NCBI RefSeq assembly: GCF_000009045.1
Contig: NC_000964.3
Span: 2,580,001-2,612,000 of the forward strand
From: Bacillus subtilis subsp. subtilis str. 168
Lineage (GTDB): Bacteria; Bacillota; Bacilli; Bacillales; Bacillaceae
DNA length: 32,000 nucleotides
Direction of reading: 5' to 3'
Both the position numbers and the translations under genes were made by a program. The notes under the pieces were generated by a model that saw only the letters and a program-made list of their open reading frames with translations, had not been told where the DNA came from and did no database searches. Below, in pieces: positions 1-8,700 of this stretch. The stretch's first letter is position 1. Every line of letters begins with the position of its first letter.

Positions 1-646
1 GCACAAGTACTTTTCTGATCGTCTGCCATCTTGTGGCACCAAGCGCGTAAGAACCCTCTCGTAAACTCTTCGGAAGAGAAGCCATTGCATCAGCAGAAAT
101 CGATGTGATCGTCGGCAGAATCATGACGGAAAGGACAATCGTTCCCGCCAATAAACTGTGCCCTGTTCCGCTCGATTTGAACTGGGCGATAAACGGCACC
201 AATACTGTAAGACCTATGAATCCATAAACAACAGATGGAATACCGACTAAAAGCTCAATCACCGGCTGCAGCACTTTCTTTCCCCAATTCGGGGCAATCT
301 CTGTCATAAAAATCGCACCTGCAATGCCAAGCGGCGCAGCGATTAGAGCAGAAAGAATCGTTACTGCAAATGAGCCAAAAATAAATGGCAGCACTCCGTA
401 TTTCGGATCACTATCTGTAGGATTCCAATTTAAGCTCGTTAAGAATTCAATTGGGCTTACACCATTTACAAGAAAAGATTGCAGCCCCTTAACGCCGAGG
501 AAAATGGTAATCGCAACAGATGCCGCAATCATAATCAGTGCACAAGCTGTGACTATCATTCTTCCCCGAACTTCATCCAATTGCCGATTTTGCCTAGAGC
601 TGATTAAGCGCTCGCTCACAGACATATTTTCTCTATTGTTTATCAT
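1..646 (-). CDS. pstC: Phosphate ABC transporter permease PstC; N-terminal ~215 codons, the rest lies beyond the window edge
   Basis: The minus-strand frame is open from the window edge up to ATG at 646-644, 9 nt downstream of AGGAG (complement of 656-660). The translation starts MINNRENMSVSERLISSRQNRQLDEVRGRMIVTACALIMIAASVAITIF..., a polytopic permease I recognise as B. subtilis PstC. It lies directly downstream of pstS. It is missing from the ORF track because it runs off the window. Confidence 0.85.
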   Translation of the reverse strand, partial: MINNRENMSVSERLISSRQNRQLDEVRGRMIVTACALIMIAASVAITIFLGVKGLQSFLVNGVSPIEFLTSLNWNPTDSDPKYGVLPFIFGSFAVTILSALIAAPLGIAGAIFMTEIAPNWGKKVLQPVIELLVGIPSVVYGFIGLTVLVPFIAQFKSSGTGHSLLAGTIVLSVMILPTITSISADAMASLPKSLREGSYALGATRWQTIRKVLV

Positions 647-671
647 TGTTTTACACTCCTATGAATGTGTT

Positions 672-704
672 AAGAGGAGAAACGGTTGTCCCCGCACTCC
701 TCTT
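672..704 (-). promoter_or_regulatory. Intercistronic stem-loop between pstS and pstC (mRNA processing/stability element rather than a terminator)
   Basis: Perfect 8-bp inverted repeat AAGAGGAG (672-679) / CTCCTCTT (697-704) with a 17-nt loop that contains a further CGG/CCG pairing. It starts 10 nt after the pstS stop. No U-run follows it on the transcribed strand. A stable monocistronic pstS RNA derived from the pst operon transcript has been described for B. subtilis. Confidence 0.55.
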
Positions 705-714
705 TTTATTAAGA

Positions 715-1617
715 TCAGCTTTGCTTCCCGTTGGCATCACGTGTCACTTTCATATCAGTAACCGGAATGTAGCCTTGGTCAGTAACAATGCTTTTTTGAA
801 TGTCTTCACTCTTTAGATAATCAAGAAATTCTTTAGCTAAACCTGTCGCTTCACCTTTTGTATAAGAATGTTGATAAGCCCAGATCGGATACTCGCCAGT
901 TGCTACATTTTTCGCTTCAGGTTTAACACCGTCAATAGATAGAGCAGTTACTTTGTCATCTGTTAAATATGAGAATGCAAGATATCCAATCGCTCCCGGA
1001 GTATCAGCAATGATCTTTTTCACCGTGTTGGAGGAATCTTCAGTAATGCCTTCTGCAGGCTCCGCTCCGTCAAGCGCATATTTCACAAATGTAGCACGTG
1101 TGCCGGAAGAATCAGGGCGGTTTACAAGTGTAATCTTTTGGTCTTTGCCGCCGAGCTCTTTCCAGTTTTTGATTTTGCCAGTGAAGATTTTTTTCAATTC
1201 ATCTTTTGAAATATCCTTTACACCAGCATCAGGGTTTACAGCTGCTGCCATACCAACTACAGCGACTTGATGATCGACAAGCGCTTTTGCATCGATGCCT
1301 TCTTTTTCTTCAGCAAAAACGTCTGAATTCCCGATCTGAACAGCTCCTTCAGAGACTTGAGAAAGCCCTGTTCCAGAACCGCCAGCTTGTACCTGTATAT
1401 CAGCATCAGGGTTTTCTTCCATAAATTTTTCCGCGGCTGCAAGTACTAGTGGCTGCATTGCCGATGAACCAGAAATGGTTAAAGAACCTGATGCCTTTTC
1501 TTCTCCTTTTGCAGAATCGCTATTCGATTTTTTACTTTCTCCTGCATTTCCGCATGCAGCTGCAATCATCATAAAAGCAGCCATCAGAAGCATAAGCACC
1601 AATTTGTTTTTTTTCAT
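715..1617 (-). CDS. pstS: Phosphate-binding lipoprotein PstS of the Pst ABC transporter
   Basis: 300-aa ORF with a lipoprotein signal peptide MKKNKLVLMLLMAAFMMIAAAC. The periplasmic-binding-protein fold shows GSSAMQPL and GGSGTG motifs. A G-rich RBS (GGGGGA) lies upstream of the ATG, and PhoP boxes lie further upstream. Confidence 0.95.
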   Translation of the reverse strand: MKKNKLVLMLLMAAFMMIAAACGNAGESKKSNSDSAKGEEKASGSLTISGSSAMQPLVLAAAEKFMEENPDADIQVQAGGSGTGLSQVSEGAVQIGNSDVFAEEKEGIDAKALVDHQVAVVGMAAAVNPDAGVKDISKDELKKIFTGKIKNWKELGGKDQKITLVNRPDSSGTRATFVKYALDGAEPAEGITEDSSNTVKKIIADTPGAIGYLAFSYLTDDKVTALSIDGVKPEAKNVATGEYPIWAYQHSYTKGEATGLAKEFLDYLKSEDIQKSIVTDQGYIPVTDMKVTRDANGKQS

Positions 1618-1679
1618 TTCCTGAATTCCCCCTGCGTATAATGTGTAATTTGTCCTACACGTATAGAGTAAAGGTTCTA

Positions 1680-1718
1680 TGTAAAAAGGGTTTGAACCGA
1701 ATGTTAAGGTTTTGTAAA
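1680..1718 (-). promoter_or_regulatory. PhoP-binding Pho boxes of the pst operon promoter
   Basis: The minus strand reads TTTACA-aaacc-TTAACA-ttcgg-TTCAAA-ccctt-TTTACA. These are four TT(A/T/C)ACA-like hexamers with exact 11-bp periodicity, 60-100 nt upstream of the pstS ATG. This is the classical PhoP~P direct-repeat architecture. Confidence 0.8.
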
Positions 1719-1736
1719 TCAGTGCGTTTTTTGTAT

Positions 1737-1770
1737 AAAAAAAACGCCCACATCATGTGAGCGTTTTTTT
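1737..1770 (-). terminator. Intrinsic terminator of pbpA
   Basis: On the minus strand, ACGCUCACA-uga-UGUGGGCGU (9 bp including one G-U that exists only on this strand) is followed by U8. It begins 5 nt after the pbpA stop. Confidence 0.8.
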
Positions 1771-3921
1771 TTAGTTATCAGAAGACGTTGTGTTTTCTGC
1801 ATTTTCTTCAATTTTGTCTTTATTCTTTTGCTGAGTACCTTCTTTGTCCTGCTTCGATTTCAGCTCAAAATATTTATCCATTACTTCCCTGCCGATTTCG
1901 TTTGTAATTGAGTATCTTTGATTGTAATCAATGTAAGTCCAAGGAACTACGACAGAAATAGCAATCTCAGGATTGTCAGCTGGTGCATAAGCCACAAGCG
2001 TCGTATTATAAGTGTCTGTTCCTGTTTTTGATTTATCCGGTCCGTCGTAAAATGATTGGGCTGTTCCTGTTTTTGCAGCTGGTTTATACGATGCTGAAGC
2101 CAGTTGACCTGCAGCTGTCCCTTTAGTGGCAACCCGTCTAAAACCGGCTTGGACCTCTTCAATATAGCTACTCTTCATATCGACTTTATTCAATACTTCA
2201 GGCTGAACAGAATCAACGACTGCGCCGATCCCTTTTTTCGCATTTGAATCTCTGACTTCCTTTACAAGCTGAGGCTTCATGCGGTAGCCACCATTTGCTA
2301 TGGTGGAGACATATTGAGCCAATTCCAGCGGTGTATAAGTATCATACTGTCCAATGGCGAAATCAAGCAAGAAACCAGATAATCTGCTTGTACCTTTATA
2401 TCCCGTCATTTCATTTGGTAGATCAATTCCTGTTTTTACTCCTAATCCAAATTGACTGAAATAATTTCTGAAGGTATCAAATGCAGAAGTATCCAAAGGC
2501 AATGCTTGGTGAGGTTTATATTCACCTTTACCAACTGCAATTGCTGTTTTAAACATAAAAACGTTTGATGACTTCTCTAATGCAGTTTGAATACCAACCG
2601 GCCCTAAGTTTTGCCAAGATTTTTTCCCTCTTTTATCCTGGCCGATATACAATGGTTCATCCTTAAATACAGTATTCAAATTAATCGCTCCAGTTTGAAG
2701 ACCGGTCAAAACGGTTGCACCTTTTACAGCTGATCCCATAGCGTAGGATGAAGTCATGGCTCCTAATGCATAATCATCAAACTTATAGGCTCCATTTTCT
2801 CGTTTAATCTGCTTCCCTGCCATTGTCAGCACTTCGCCGTTTCTAGGGTCCATCATGACAACGAATGCACGATCCAACAATTCGGTACTAGGTCTTGCTT
2901 TAGCAGCTTTAAGTTTTTTCTCAATAATTTTTTCCACTGATTTTTGCAAATCAATATCAATTGTTAGTACAAGATCTTTCCCGGCTTTGCCTTCAGATAC
3001 CGTTTTTGTTCCCGTGACATTGCCTTTTGAATCTGTGATATTTTCGACTTTTGCTTTTTGGCCCTGCAGAAGGCTTTCATATTGGTATTCCAGATAGCTT
3101 TTTCCGACCCTGTCATTTCGGCTGTAGCCAAGCGACAGATAATGGTCGAGCAAGTTGGACGGCAATCCTTCATTAGAGCTGGAAACACTTCCGAGCACTG
3201 AGCGAAGAAGGTTTTTATAAGGATATTCACGTTCCCAATCGGACGTGACATCAACACCTGGCAGTTCGTCTAAATGTTCACTTACCACTGCCATTTCCTT
3301 CGCTGATACATCTTCGTTTTTGATATATTGAGGGGTCAATGCATAGCCCGAATCCATCTGTCTTTTGATAGCAAGGATCTGCATATCTTTATCCGTCAAT
3401 TCATTCAGCTGCTTATCAGTAATCCGTTTTAGCTGAAGCTGGTATAAATCGTCATCGGATATTTTTTTGTCTTCAACCTGCTGTCTTTCTTTAGAGCTAA
3501 TGAGCTTTTTCGCTTCTTTCGGTCTAGTCAAAATCCAATAATCTTTTTTATCCCGTTCTGTTACTTTTTTTGTATCGACTTTGATCATGTCAGACAGCTT
3601 TTTTGCGATCTTTAAGCGCTGTTCTTGCGTGGTCGATTTAGATCTCGTGTATGTGATTGCATTTAAAGCCTTATTTGTCACAATGGCATTAAAGTTTCGA
3701 TCATAAATTTTCCCGCGTGGTACCGCTGAGCTGACTTCACTTTGTTCCTGCTTATTCGCTTGGTTTTTGTAATCATCACCTTGCACGATCTGCTTGATGC
3801 CCAGTTCCACAATAATCCAGGTAAATATAACAAAGGCAGCTAAAAATAAAATATTCAGCCGGATCGGAAGCGACTTCTTTTTCTCTTTATGATTTTGCTT
3901 TTTTGGTTTATTTCTCCTCAT
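1771..3921 (-). CDS. pbpA: Penicillin-binding protein 2A (class B transpeptidase)
   Basis: Carries the SxxK (SAVK), SSN and KTGT motifs and an N-terminal membrane anchor. I start at MRRNKPKKQNHKEKKK (ATG 3921) because AAAGGTGAT precedes it. The ORF-track start at 3957 adds 12 codons without an RBS. Confidence 0.93.
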   Translation of the reverse strand: MRRNKPKKQNHKEKKKSLPIRLNILFLAAFVIFTWIIVELGIKQIVQGDDYKNQANKQEQSEVSSAVPRGKIYDRNFNAIVTNKALNAITYTRSKSTTQEQRLKIAKKLSDMIKVDTKKVTERDKKDYWILTRPKEAKKLISSKERQQVEDKKISDDDLYQLQLKRITDKQLNELTDKDMQILAIKRQMDSGYALTPQYIKNEDVSAKEMAVVSEHLDELPGVDVTSDWEREYPYKNLLRSVLGSVSSSNEGLPSNLLDHYLSLGYSRNDRVGKSYLEYQYESLLQGQKAKVENITDSKGNVTGTKTVSEGKAGKDLVLTIDIDLQKSVEKIIEKKLKAAKARPSTELLDRAFVVMMDPRNGEVLTMAGKQIKRENGAYKFDDYALGAMTSSYAMGSAVKGATVLTGLQTGAINLNTVFKDEPLYIGQDKRGKKSWQNLGPVGIQTALEKSSNVFMFKTAIAVGKGEYKPHQALPLDTSAFDTFRNYFSQFGLGVKTGIDLPNEMTGYKGTSRLSGFLLDFAIGQYDTYTPLELAQYVSTIANGGYRMKPQLVKEVRDSNAKKGIGAVVDSVQPEVLNKVDMKSSYIEEVQAGFRRVATKGTAAGQLASASYKPAAKTGTAQSFYDGPDKSKTGTDTYNTTLVAYAPADNPEIAISVVVPWTYIDYNQRYSITNEIGREVMDKYFELKSKQDKEGTQQKNKDKIEENAENTTSSDN

Positions 3922-4034
3922 AACATCACCTTTTCTATTTACAGAAAGAAAAGACACTCAAGTAAGAGTGCCAGTTTTCATTTTAAAGGTTTTTTCGACT
4001 TTTTTCTACAGATAACCCCTTTTTGGCAAAAAAA

Positions 4035-5327
4035 TTATCTCTCGCCTTTTAAAAGGGTCGGTTCTGTTACCCGTTTTTGGCCGTCTTCTTCCATGGTTTC
4101 ATTTTCCCCTTCTTTCTCCTTAAAACGAATATCCTTGACAAAGTAATAAATCAAAGGATGTCCTATACCCAATATCGCAAGTGACAAAGGAATTCCCACA
4201 TCCTCTTTCAGAAGGGCCACAATCAGGAGAAAGCACAAAATGGAAACAATTCTGCCGGCGTTCAAGAACATTTCTCTAAGCACGATATATTCAATTCTTG
4301 CTTTTCTGGCATGCCTCGCGCGCCCTATCACATCATATGTAAGTGATACATATGGCACAAGCAACAGAGGATAGCCGATGGCAATAAAAACGCCGTACGT
4401 TAATAATGTCGAAAAGCTCATATGGAACAGAATCAAAAACAGCGCGCCATACAAAATAAGTCCGCCCAGCAAAATCGATTTTTTTCTCGCCTTTTTCTTA
4501 ATCAGCCTGGATGCAAAGTAGTAGGCAAAGAAGGAAACAGCTGAATTGACAAGACCGAATGTACCGAGAGCAAGCTCGCTGTTTGTCTCAATAAATACAA
4601 ACACACTGATTAAAAAGACAAAAATCCCTTCTCTCAAACCCTGAAAAAAATGCGCATTCGTGATTCTCCGCCAATTCATATTGCTATGGCGCTCTCCAAA
4701 TACTTTGCTCAGCATAAAACGGCCCTTTGATTCTCTCCGTTTTAAGAAAAAGCTCATCACGACAGCCAGGGCAAATAAACTGAGGGAGAGACTGAAAATC
4801 ACTGTATAACCCGTATTATTTTCAAGCCTTGAGATCACGAATCCGGCTACAATCGGGCCGATCATTCCTGCAGAGGAAGACAGAATGCCCATAAACCCGT
4901 TGAAAAAGTCTCGTGTATCCGGCTCTGTTATTTCAAAGGTCAGCACGTTAAACGCTAGCCAATAAAAGCCATAGCCAACTCCGAGCACCGCGCCGATTAG
5001 CACGAGGCGGCTGGCCGCCGTTTCTCCGGCTAAAAGCACACTTAAATAAAAGGCAGCTAAAAAAATGACGCCGAACCTTAAAATGAATACCCTGTCTATT
5101 TTTTTGGCTAACCGTCCAGCCAAATAAAAGGTTATCGGCTGCATTGTCACAATGGATAAATTATATATCGCCAAATCAATAAATTTCCCTGACTGCTTCC
5201 AAAGATACACATTAACAAATGTATTGGACAGTGCAATTCCCAGCGAGTAAAGCCCGCCAATGGTCAGCAGAAAGAGTAAGCCTTTGTTTACGTCTACATC
5301 GCCTATCACTTTTTTTAGTTTGCTCAT
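4035..5327 (-). CDS. yqgE: MFS-type (12-TM) transporter of unknown substrate
   Basis: 430-aa ORF that is hydrophobic throughout, with about 12 predicted helices. RBS AAAGGGGAG lies 7 nt upstream of the ATG. Recognised as B. subtilis YqgE by sequence and position. Confidence 0.85.
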   Translation of the reverse strand: MSKLKKVIGDVDVNKGLLFLLTIGGLYSLGIALSNTFVNVYLWKQSGKFIDLAIYNLSIVTMQPITFYLAGRLAKKIDRVFILRFGVIFLAAFYLSVLLAGETAASRLVLIGAVLGVGYGFYWLAFNVLTFEITEPDTRDFFNGFMGILSSSAGMIGPIVAGFVISRLENNTGYTVIFSLSLSLFALAVVMSFFLKRRESKGRFMLSKVFGERHSNMNWRRITNAHFFQGLREGIFVFLISVFVFIETNSELALGTFGLVNSAVSFFAYYFASRLIKKKARKKSILLGGLILYGALFLILFHMSFSTLLTYGVFIAIGYPLLLVPYVSLTYDVIGRARHARKARIEYIVLREMFLNAGRIVSILCFLLIVALLKEDVGIPLSLAILGIGHPLIYYFVKDIRFKEKEGENETMEEDGQKRVTEPTLLKGER

Positions 5328-5392
5328 TACTGACTCCCCTTTACTATCCCTTAGTCTGTCTCACTCAAACCGAGATATGTAAAAAGAAGACA

Positions 5393-5425
5393 TAAAAAAA
5401 CAAGGTCCCATAATGAGGACCTTGT
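5393..5425 (-). terminator. Intrinsic terminator of sodA
   Basis: On the minus strand, ACAAGGUCC-loop-GGACCUUGU (9-bp perfect stem, 5400-5408 / 5417-5425) is followed by U7. Confidence 0.85.
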
Positions 5426-5433
5426 TTGTGCCA

Positions 5434-6042
5434 TTATTTTGCTTCGCTGTATAGACGAGCCACTTCGTCCCAGTTTACAACATTCCAGAAAGCTGAAATG
5501 TAATCAGGACGGCGGTTTTGATAGTTAAGGTAGTAAGCATGCTCCCAAACGTCAAGACCTAAGATAGGCGTTTTGCCTTCTGAAAGCGGAGAATCTTGGT
5601 TTGGCGTGCTTGTGATTTCAAGTTTACCGTTGTTCACAACAAGCCATGCCCAGCCAGAACCGAAGCGTCCAGCTGCTGCTGCTGCGAATTGCTCTTTGAA
5701 TTTGTCAAAGCTTCCAAATACACTGTTAATCTCTTCAGCAAGCGCGCCAGTCGGTTCGCCTCCGCCGTTTGGAGATAAAAGTGTCCAGAATAATTTGTGG
5801 TTCGCGTGTCCGCCGCCGTTGTTGCGGACTGCAGTGCGGATGTTTTCAGGAACAGAATCAAGATCTGCAACAAGCTCTTCAACTGATTTGTTGGCAAGAG
5901 CAGTGTTTCCTTCAACCGCTTTGTTTAAATTTGTCACGTATGTGTTGTGGTGTTTCGTATGGTGAATAGTCATAGTTTCCTTGTCGATATGCGGTTCTAA
6001 AGCATCGTACGCATAAGGTAATTCTGGAAGTTCGTAAGCCAT
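5434..6042 (-). CDS. sodA: Manganese superoxide dismutase
   Basis: 202 aa. Has the Fe/Mn-SOD signature DVWEHAYY and metal ligands in HHTKHH. A perfect AAGGAGG RBS precedes the ATG. Confidence 0.97.
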
Positions 6043-6220
6043 GATAATTCCTCCTTAGTATATATGTACTGAAATGCCGCTTCACAGCGAGCCTTTCTTC
6101 ATTCAATGTAACAAAAGAATGCTTTGTAATCAATGAAAAAGCTCACGATTTGGCTCATTTCAGCGGACATATTTCACTTTAACCGATAATCTGCCCCATT
6201 AAACCTGCCGCCAGCATTTC

Positions 6221-6703
6221 TTATAGGACCGTCCATAAAAAGTAACCGATCATCAAAAGCTGTATGATGCCCTTTGCAATAACCCCTGTTAAAAAACCAA
6301 TGAGTGAGCCGAGGCCAATTTTAAACGCTGACTTTAAGTCCTTCTGATGGACGATAAGTTCTGCGCAAACAGCCCCGATAAACGGCCCCAATATGATCCC
6401 TGCAACCGGAATGACAAAAGGCCCGATTAATAAACCGATCGTGCTTCCCCATATGGCAGCTTTGCTTCCTCCGAACCTTTTTACTCCAAGCAGATTCGAC
6501 ACGTAATCTGCTGCGAATAATACTGCGGCAAAAACTGCCTCAACAAGCCAGAACATATAAGAATACGGACTGAATGAAAATAAAAATCCGTACAATACAA
6601 ATCCGGCAACAATAAATACTACGCTAGGAATAACAGGATACACCAGCCCGATAAAGGCAATGATAAAAACCGCTGCAATCAACAGCCAATACAACATATC
6701 CAT
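6221..6703 (-). CDS. yqgC: Small polytopic membrane protein of unknown function (DUF456-like)
   Basis: Entirely hydrophobic ORF. GGGAGG (complement of 6713-6718) abuts the first ATG (6712) with zero spacing. The in-frame ATG at 6703 (9-nt spacing, MDMLYWLL...) is therefore the more likely start. Confidence 0.75.
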
Positions 6704-6803
6704 AGCTTCCATCCTCCCATTTTACTCTGTCTTCTTCATGTCTTCCTTGTATTCACACGCATGCAACGATACAATAAGCAACATATATTAGTTTAGCTAG
6801 GAA

Positions 6804-7580
6804 GTGAAGATAGTGAATGTGTTTCAGCTTTTCATTAAAAGTACATACTCTCCCCGTGATATTGCAAAAACAAGATTTCAAGGAATCGGAAAAGCGATTC
6901 TTTATGTATTTTTGCTCTCTGTCCTGTTTGCAATCCCTACCGCTTATTATGTAAGTACAGGGACCGTAAAATCAATGAACGGCTTTAAAACTGTTTTAAA
7001 CAAAGATTTCCCTGATTTCACAATTTCAAACGGCAAACTTCAAACGGATGAGAAAAAAGCCACGGAATCTCAGGCAAATGGTTTCGTTATCGTGTTCGAT
7101 CCGACAGACTCCTATGGCACTGAACAAATTGAAGCAAAGCAAAACGCAATCGGCATCCTTCAGAACAAATTTGTTTTGGCCATTGACGGACAAGCCCAAG
7201 AAATGTCTTACTCAATGATGCCGTCAGAGTTACAGAAAAAAGATGTCATTGCAGGTTTAAACCAAAATAAAGCGATGATTGTAACTGTTCTCTCAGCTCT
7301 TATTTTTCTCGTAACAGCAGCGGGAAAATTTATTGAAGTATCGTTTTTAGCGCTTATCGGGTTAATCATTAAGAATTCGCAGAAAAAACATTTATCCTAT
7401 CATCAGCTCTGGAAGCTTTCTGCTTATTCCATCACACTTTCAACTGTATTCTTTACAATCATGCGGGCACTAGAAGCAACCGTACCAAGTGAATTTTTGC
7501 TGAACTGGTTTGTCAATTTTGTCATCCTGTTTCTCGTTTTAAAAGAGATTCCGTCCAAAAAAGTAATTAATAAAAGTTAA
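6804..7580 (+). CDS. yqgB: Membrane protein of unknown function (DUF1189-like)
   Basis: 258-aa ORF with an N-terminal TM segment, a soluble central part and three or four C-terminal TM helices. The start is uncertain, with in-frame GTG codons at 6804, 6813 and 6819 after AGGAAGTG. Divergent from yqgC. Confidence 0.75.
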
Positions 7581-7898
7581 ATTATATTTATTTTTATCCT
7601 TTAAGTAGAGAGTGTGAAAGCATTTGCATTAACTTTTTACTTAAGGGATATTTAATAAAATGTATAGAGCTTAAACAGATACATTTATAAAAAAAGCTCT
7701 ACAATTACTCAAGAACAAGCTCTGGACAATAATATCAGAAGTAGTAAGATGTAACATGAAAGAAGTTCTTAACAGCATTTGACATATGTTTTTAACAAAA
7801 TAAGAATAATGTTAAATTTTAACTAATAGACTAGTTAAAATCATATGGCAAAATATTTTGCATCCTTTCACAACATATTTACATAAGATAGTTGCTAT

Positions 7899-7931
7899 TT
7901 AAAAAGCCAGGTACCAATAGGGCACCTAGCT
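7899..7931 (-). terminator. Intrinsic terminator of yqgA
   Basis: On the minus strand, AGCUAGGUGCC-cuauu-GGUACCUGGCU forms an 11-bp stem followed by UUUUU. Its two non-Watson-Crick positions are G-U on the minus strand but A-C mismatches on the plus strand, which supports the minus-strand assignment. Confidence 0.7.
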
Positions 7932-7995
7932 TTCAGAATTAAATCATCAACAAGTTAGAATTATCTTCTTTCCTTCTATTCTCATTATTGAACTG

Positions 7996-8424
7996 TTATC
8001 TTTTTTGTGGGTTTATGTATACAAATGCAGCTCCCTTAGCTTTCCCCTTATATACTGATAAACCTACTGCCCAAGGTGTTCCTGTCGGTTTTGGTAATTT
8101 ACTGAAGTAAAACTTTTTGGTTGGAGTTCTACTTGAAAAGTACCCTGAATATTGCGGGCCAATGTCCCCACCCTCAACTATAGATACACCAAAGCTCTTA
8201 TAATTTAGTTTACCGCATTTTCCATTTGTTTCGGCGTAAGCATCAATAGATGTTGCACTCTTAGTATATGTATAAGCATCTGTAATAACTCTTATTTTAC
8301 AACCAGAAATACCACTTACCGGTTGCCAACCACTGCTTGCAGCCTCTGCTTTTTCTTTAGGTGCAACTACCAAAGTTAACATTAGTAGCAAAATTAAAAA
8401 CACAGAAAATTTTCCTTGCTTCAT
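7996..8424 (-). CDS. yqgA: Small secreted / cell-wall-associated protein of unknown function
   Basis: 142 aa. Has a Sec signal peptide MKQGKFSVFLILLLMLTLVVAPKEKAEA with an AEA-A cleavage motif, and the mature part is basic with two Cys. A perfect AAGGAGG RBS precedes the ATG. Recognised as YqgA. Confidence 0.85.
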   Translation of the reverse strand: MKQGKFSVFLILLLMLTLVVAPKEKAEAASSGWQPVSGISGCKIRVITDAYTYTKSATSIDAYAETNGKCGKLNYKSFGVSIVEGGDIGPQYSGYFSSRTPTKKFYFSKLPKPTGTPWAVGLSVYKGKAKGAAFVYINPQKR

Positions 8425-8636
8425 TTTGTAGATCCTCCTTTAAACTATTACATAATTATCCTAACAGATCCATTGTTCATTGTAAATAATGGAATACGAG
8501 TTTTATATTATAAAAGCCTCTTTTTGATCTAATTTTGCACTATTTTCTATTTTCTATCTGAAGTTAATGTTTAGTCGAAGAAATCCTGTCAAAAAAGCGC
8601 CTGTATAAAAACCGAGCATTCGCAGTCTCTTTTCTT

Positions 8637-8668
8637 TTGTCATGAATCGAAATGGACAAGCATACTAT
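8637..8668 (+). promoter_or_regulatory. Promoter candidate for yqfZ (sigma-A-like TTGTCA-18-CATACT, or sigma-E-like -10 CATACTAT)
   Basis: TTGTCA at 8637-8642 and CATACTAT at 8661-8668, about 35 nt upstream of the yqfZ ATG. The -10 resembles the mother-cell sigma-E consensus CATACA-T. Read by eye only. Confidence 0.3.
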
Positions 8669-8700
8669 GGTATAAAATTTCGTATGCGGGAGGAAAAGCG

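Noticed and set aside
324-761. 145-aa plus-strand ORF, and the many similar 60-150-aa ORFs on the strand opposite the real genes (for example 953-1270, 2855-3097, 5573-5965, 9008-9382, 9731-10183, 12006-12326, 14545-14988, 15989-16309, 20275-20550, 22916-23275, 27330-27647)
   Set aside because: Each lies fully or mostly antisense inside a confidently identified gene. They lack Shine-Dalgarno sequences and have odd, low-complexity or Cys/Arg/Ser-rich compositions typical of shadow frames. None has a recognisable motif.
3957-3973. TGGCAC...TTGA on the minus strand upstream of pbpA, resembling a sigma-54 (SigL) -24/-12 promoter
   Set aside because: The -12 element is TTGA, not TTGC, and the spacing is 6 nt rather than 5. 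No enhancer-binding-protein gene is nearby. This is most likely chance.
7581-8700. The AT-rich yqgA pocket as a mobile element, prophage remnant or type I toxin-antitoxin locus
   Set aside because: There is no transposase or integrase, no terminal inverted or flanking direct repeats, and no tRNA attachment site. There is also no small hydrophobic peptide ORF with an RBS on either strand. Only the compositional anomaly remains, and it is reported as a finding.
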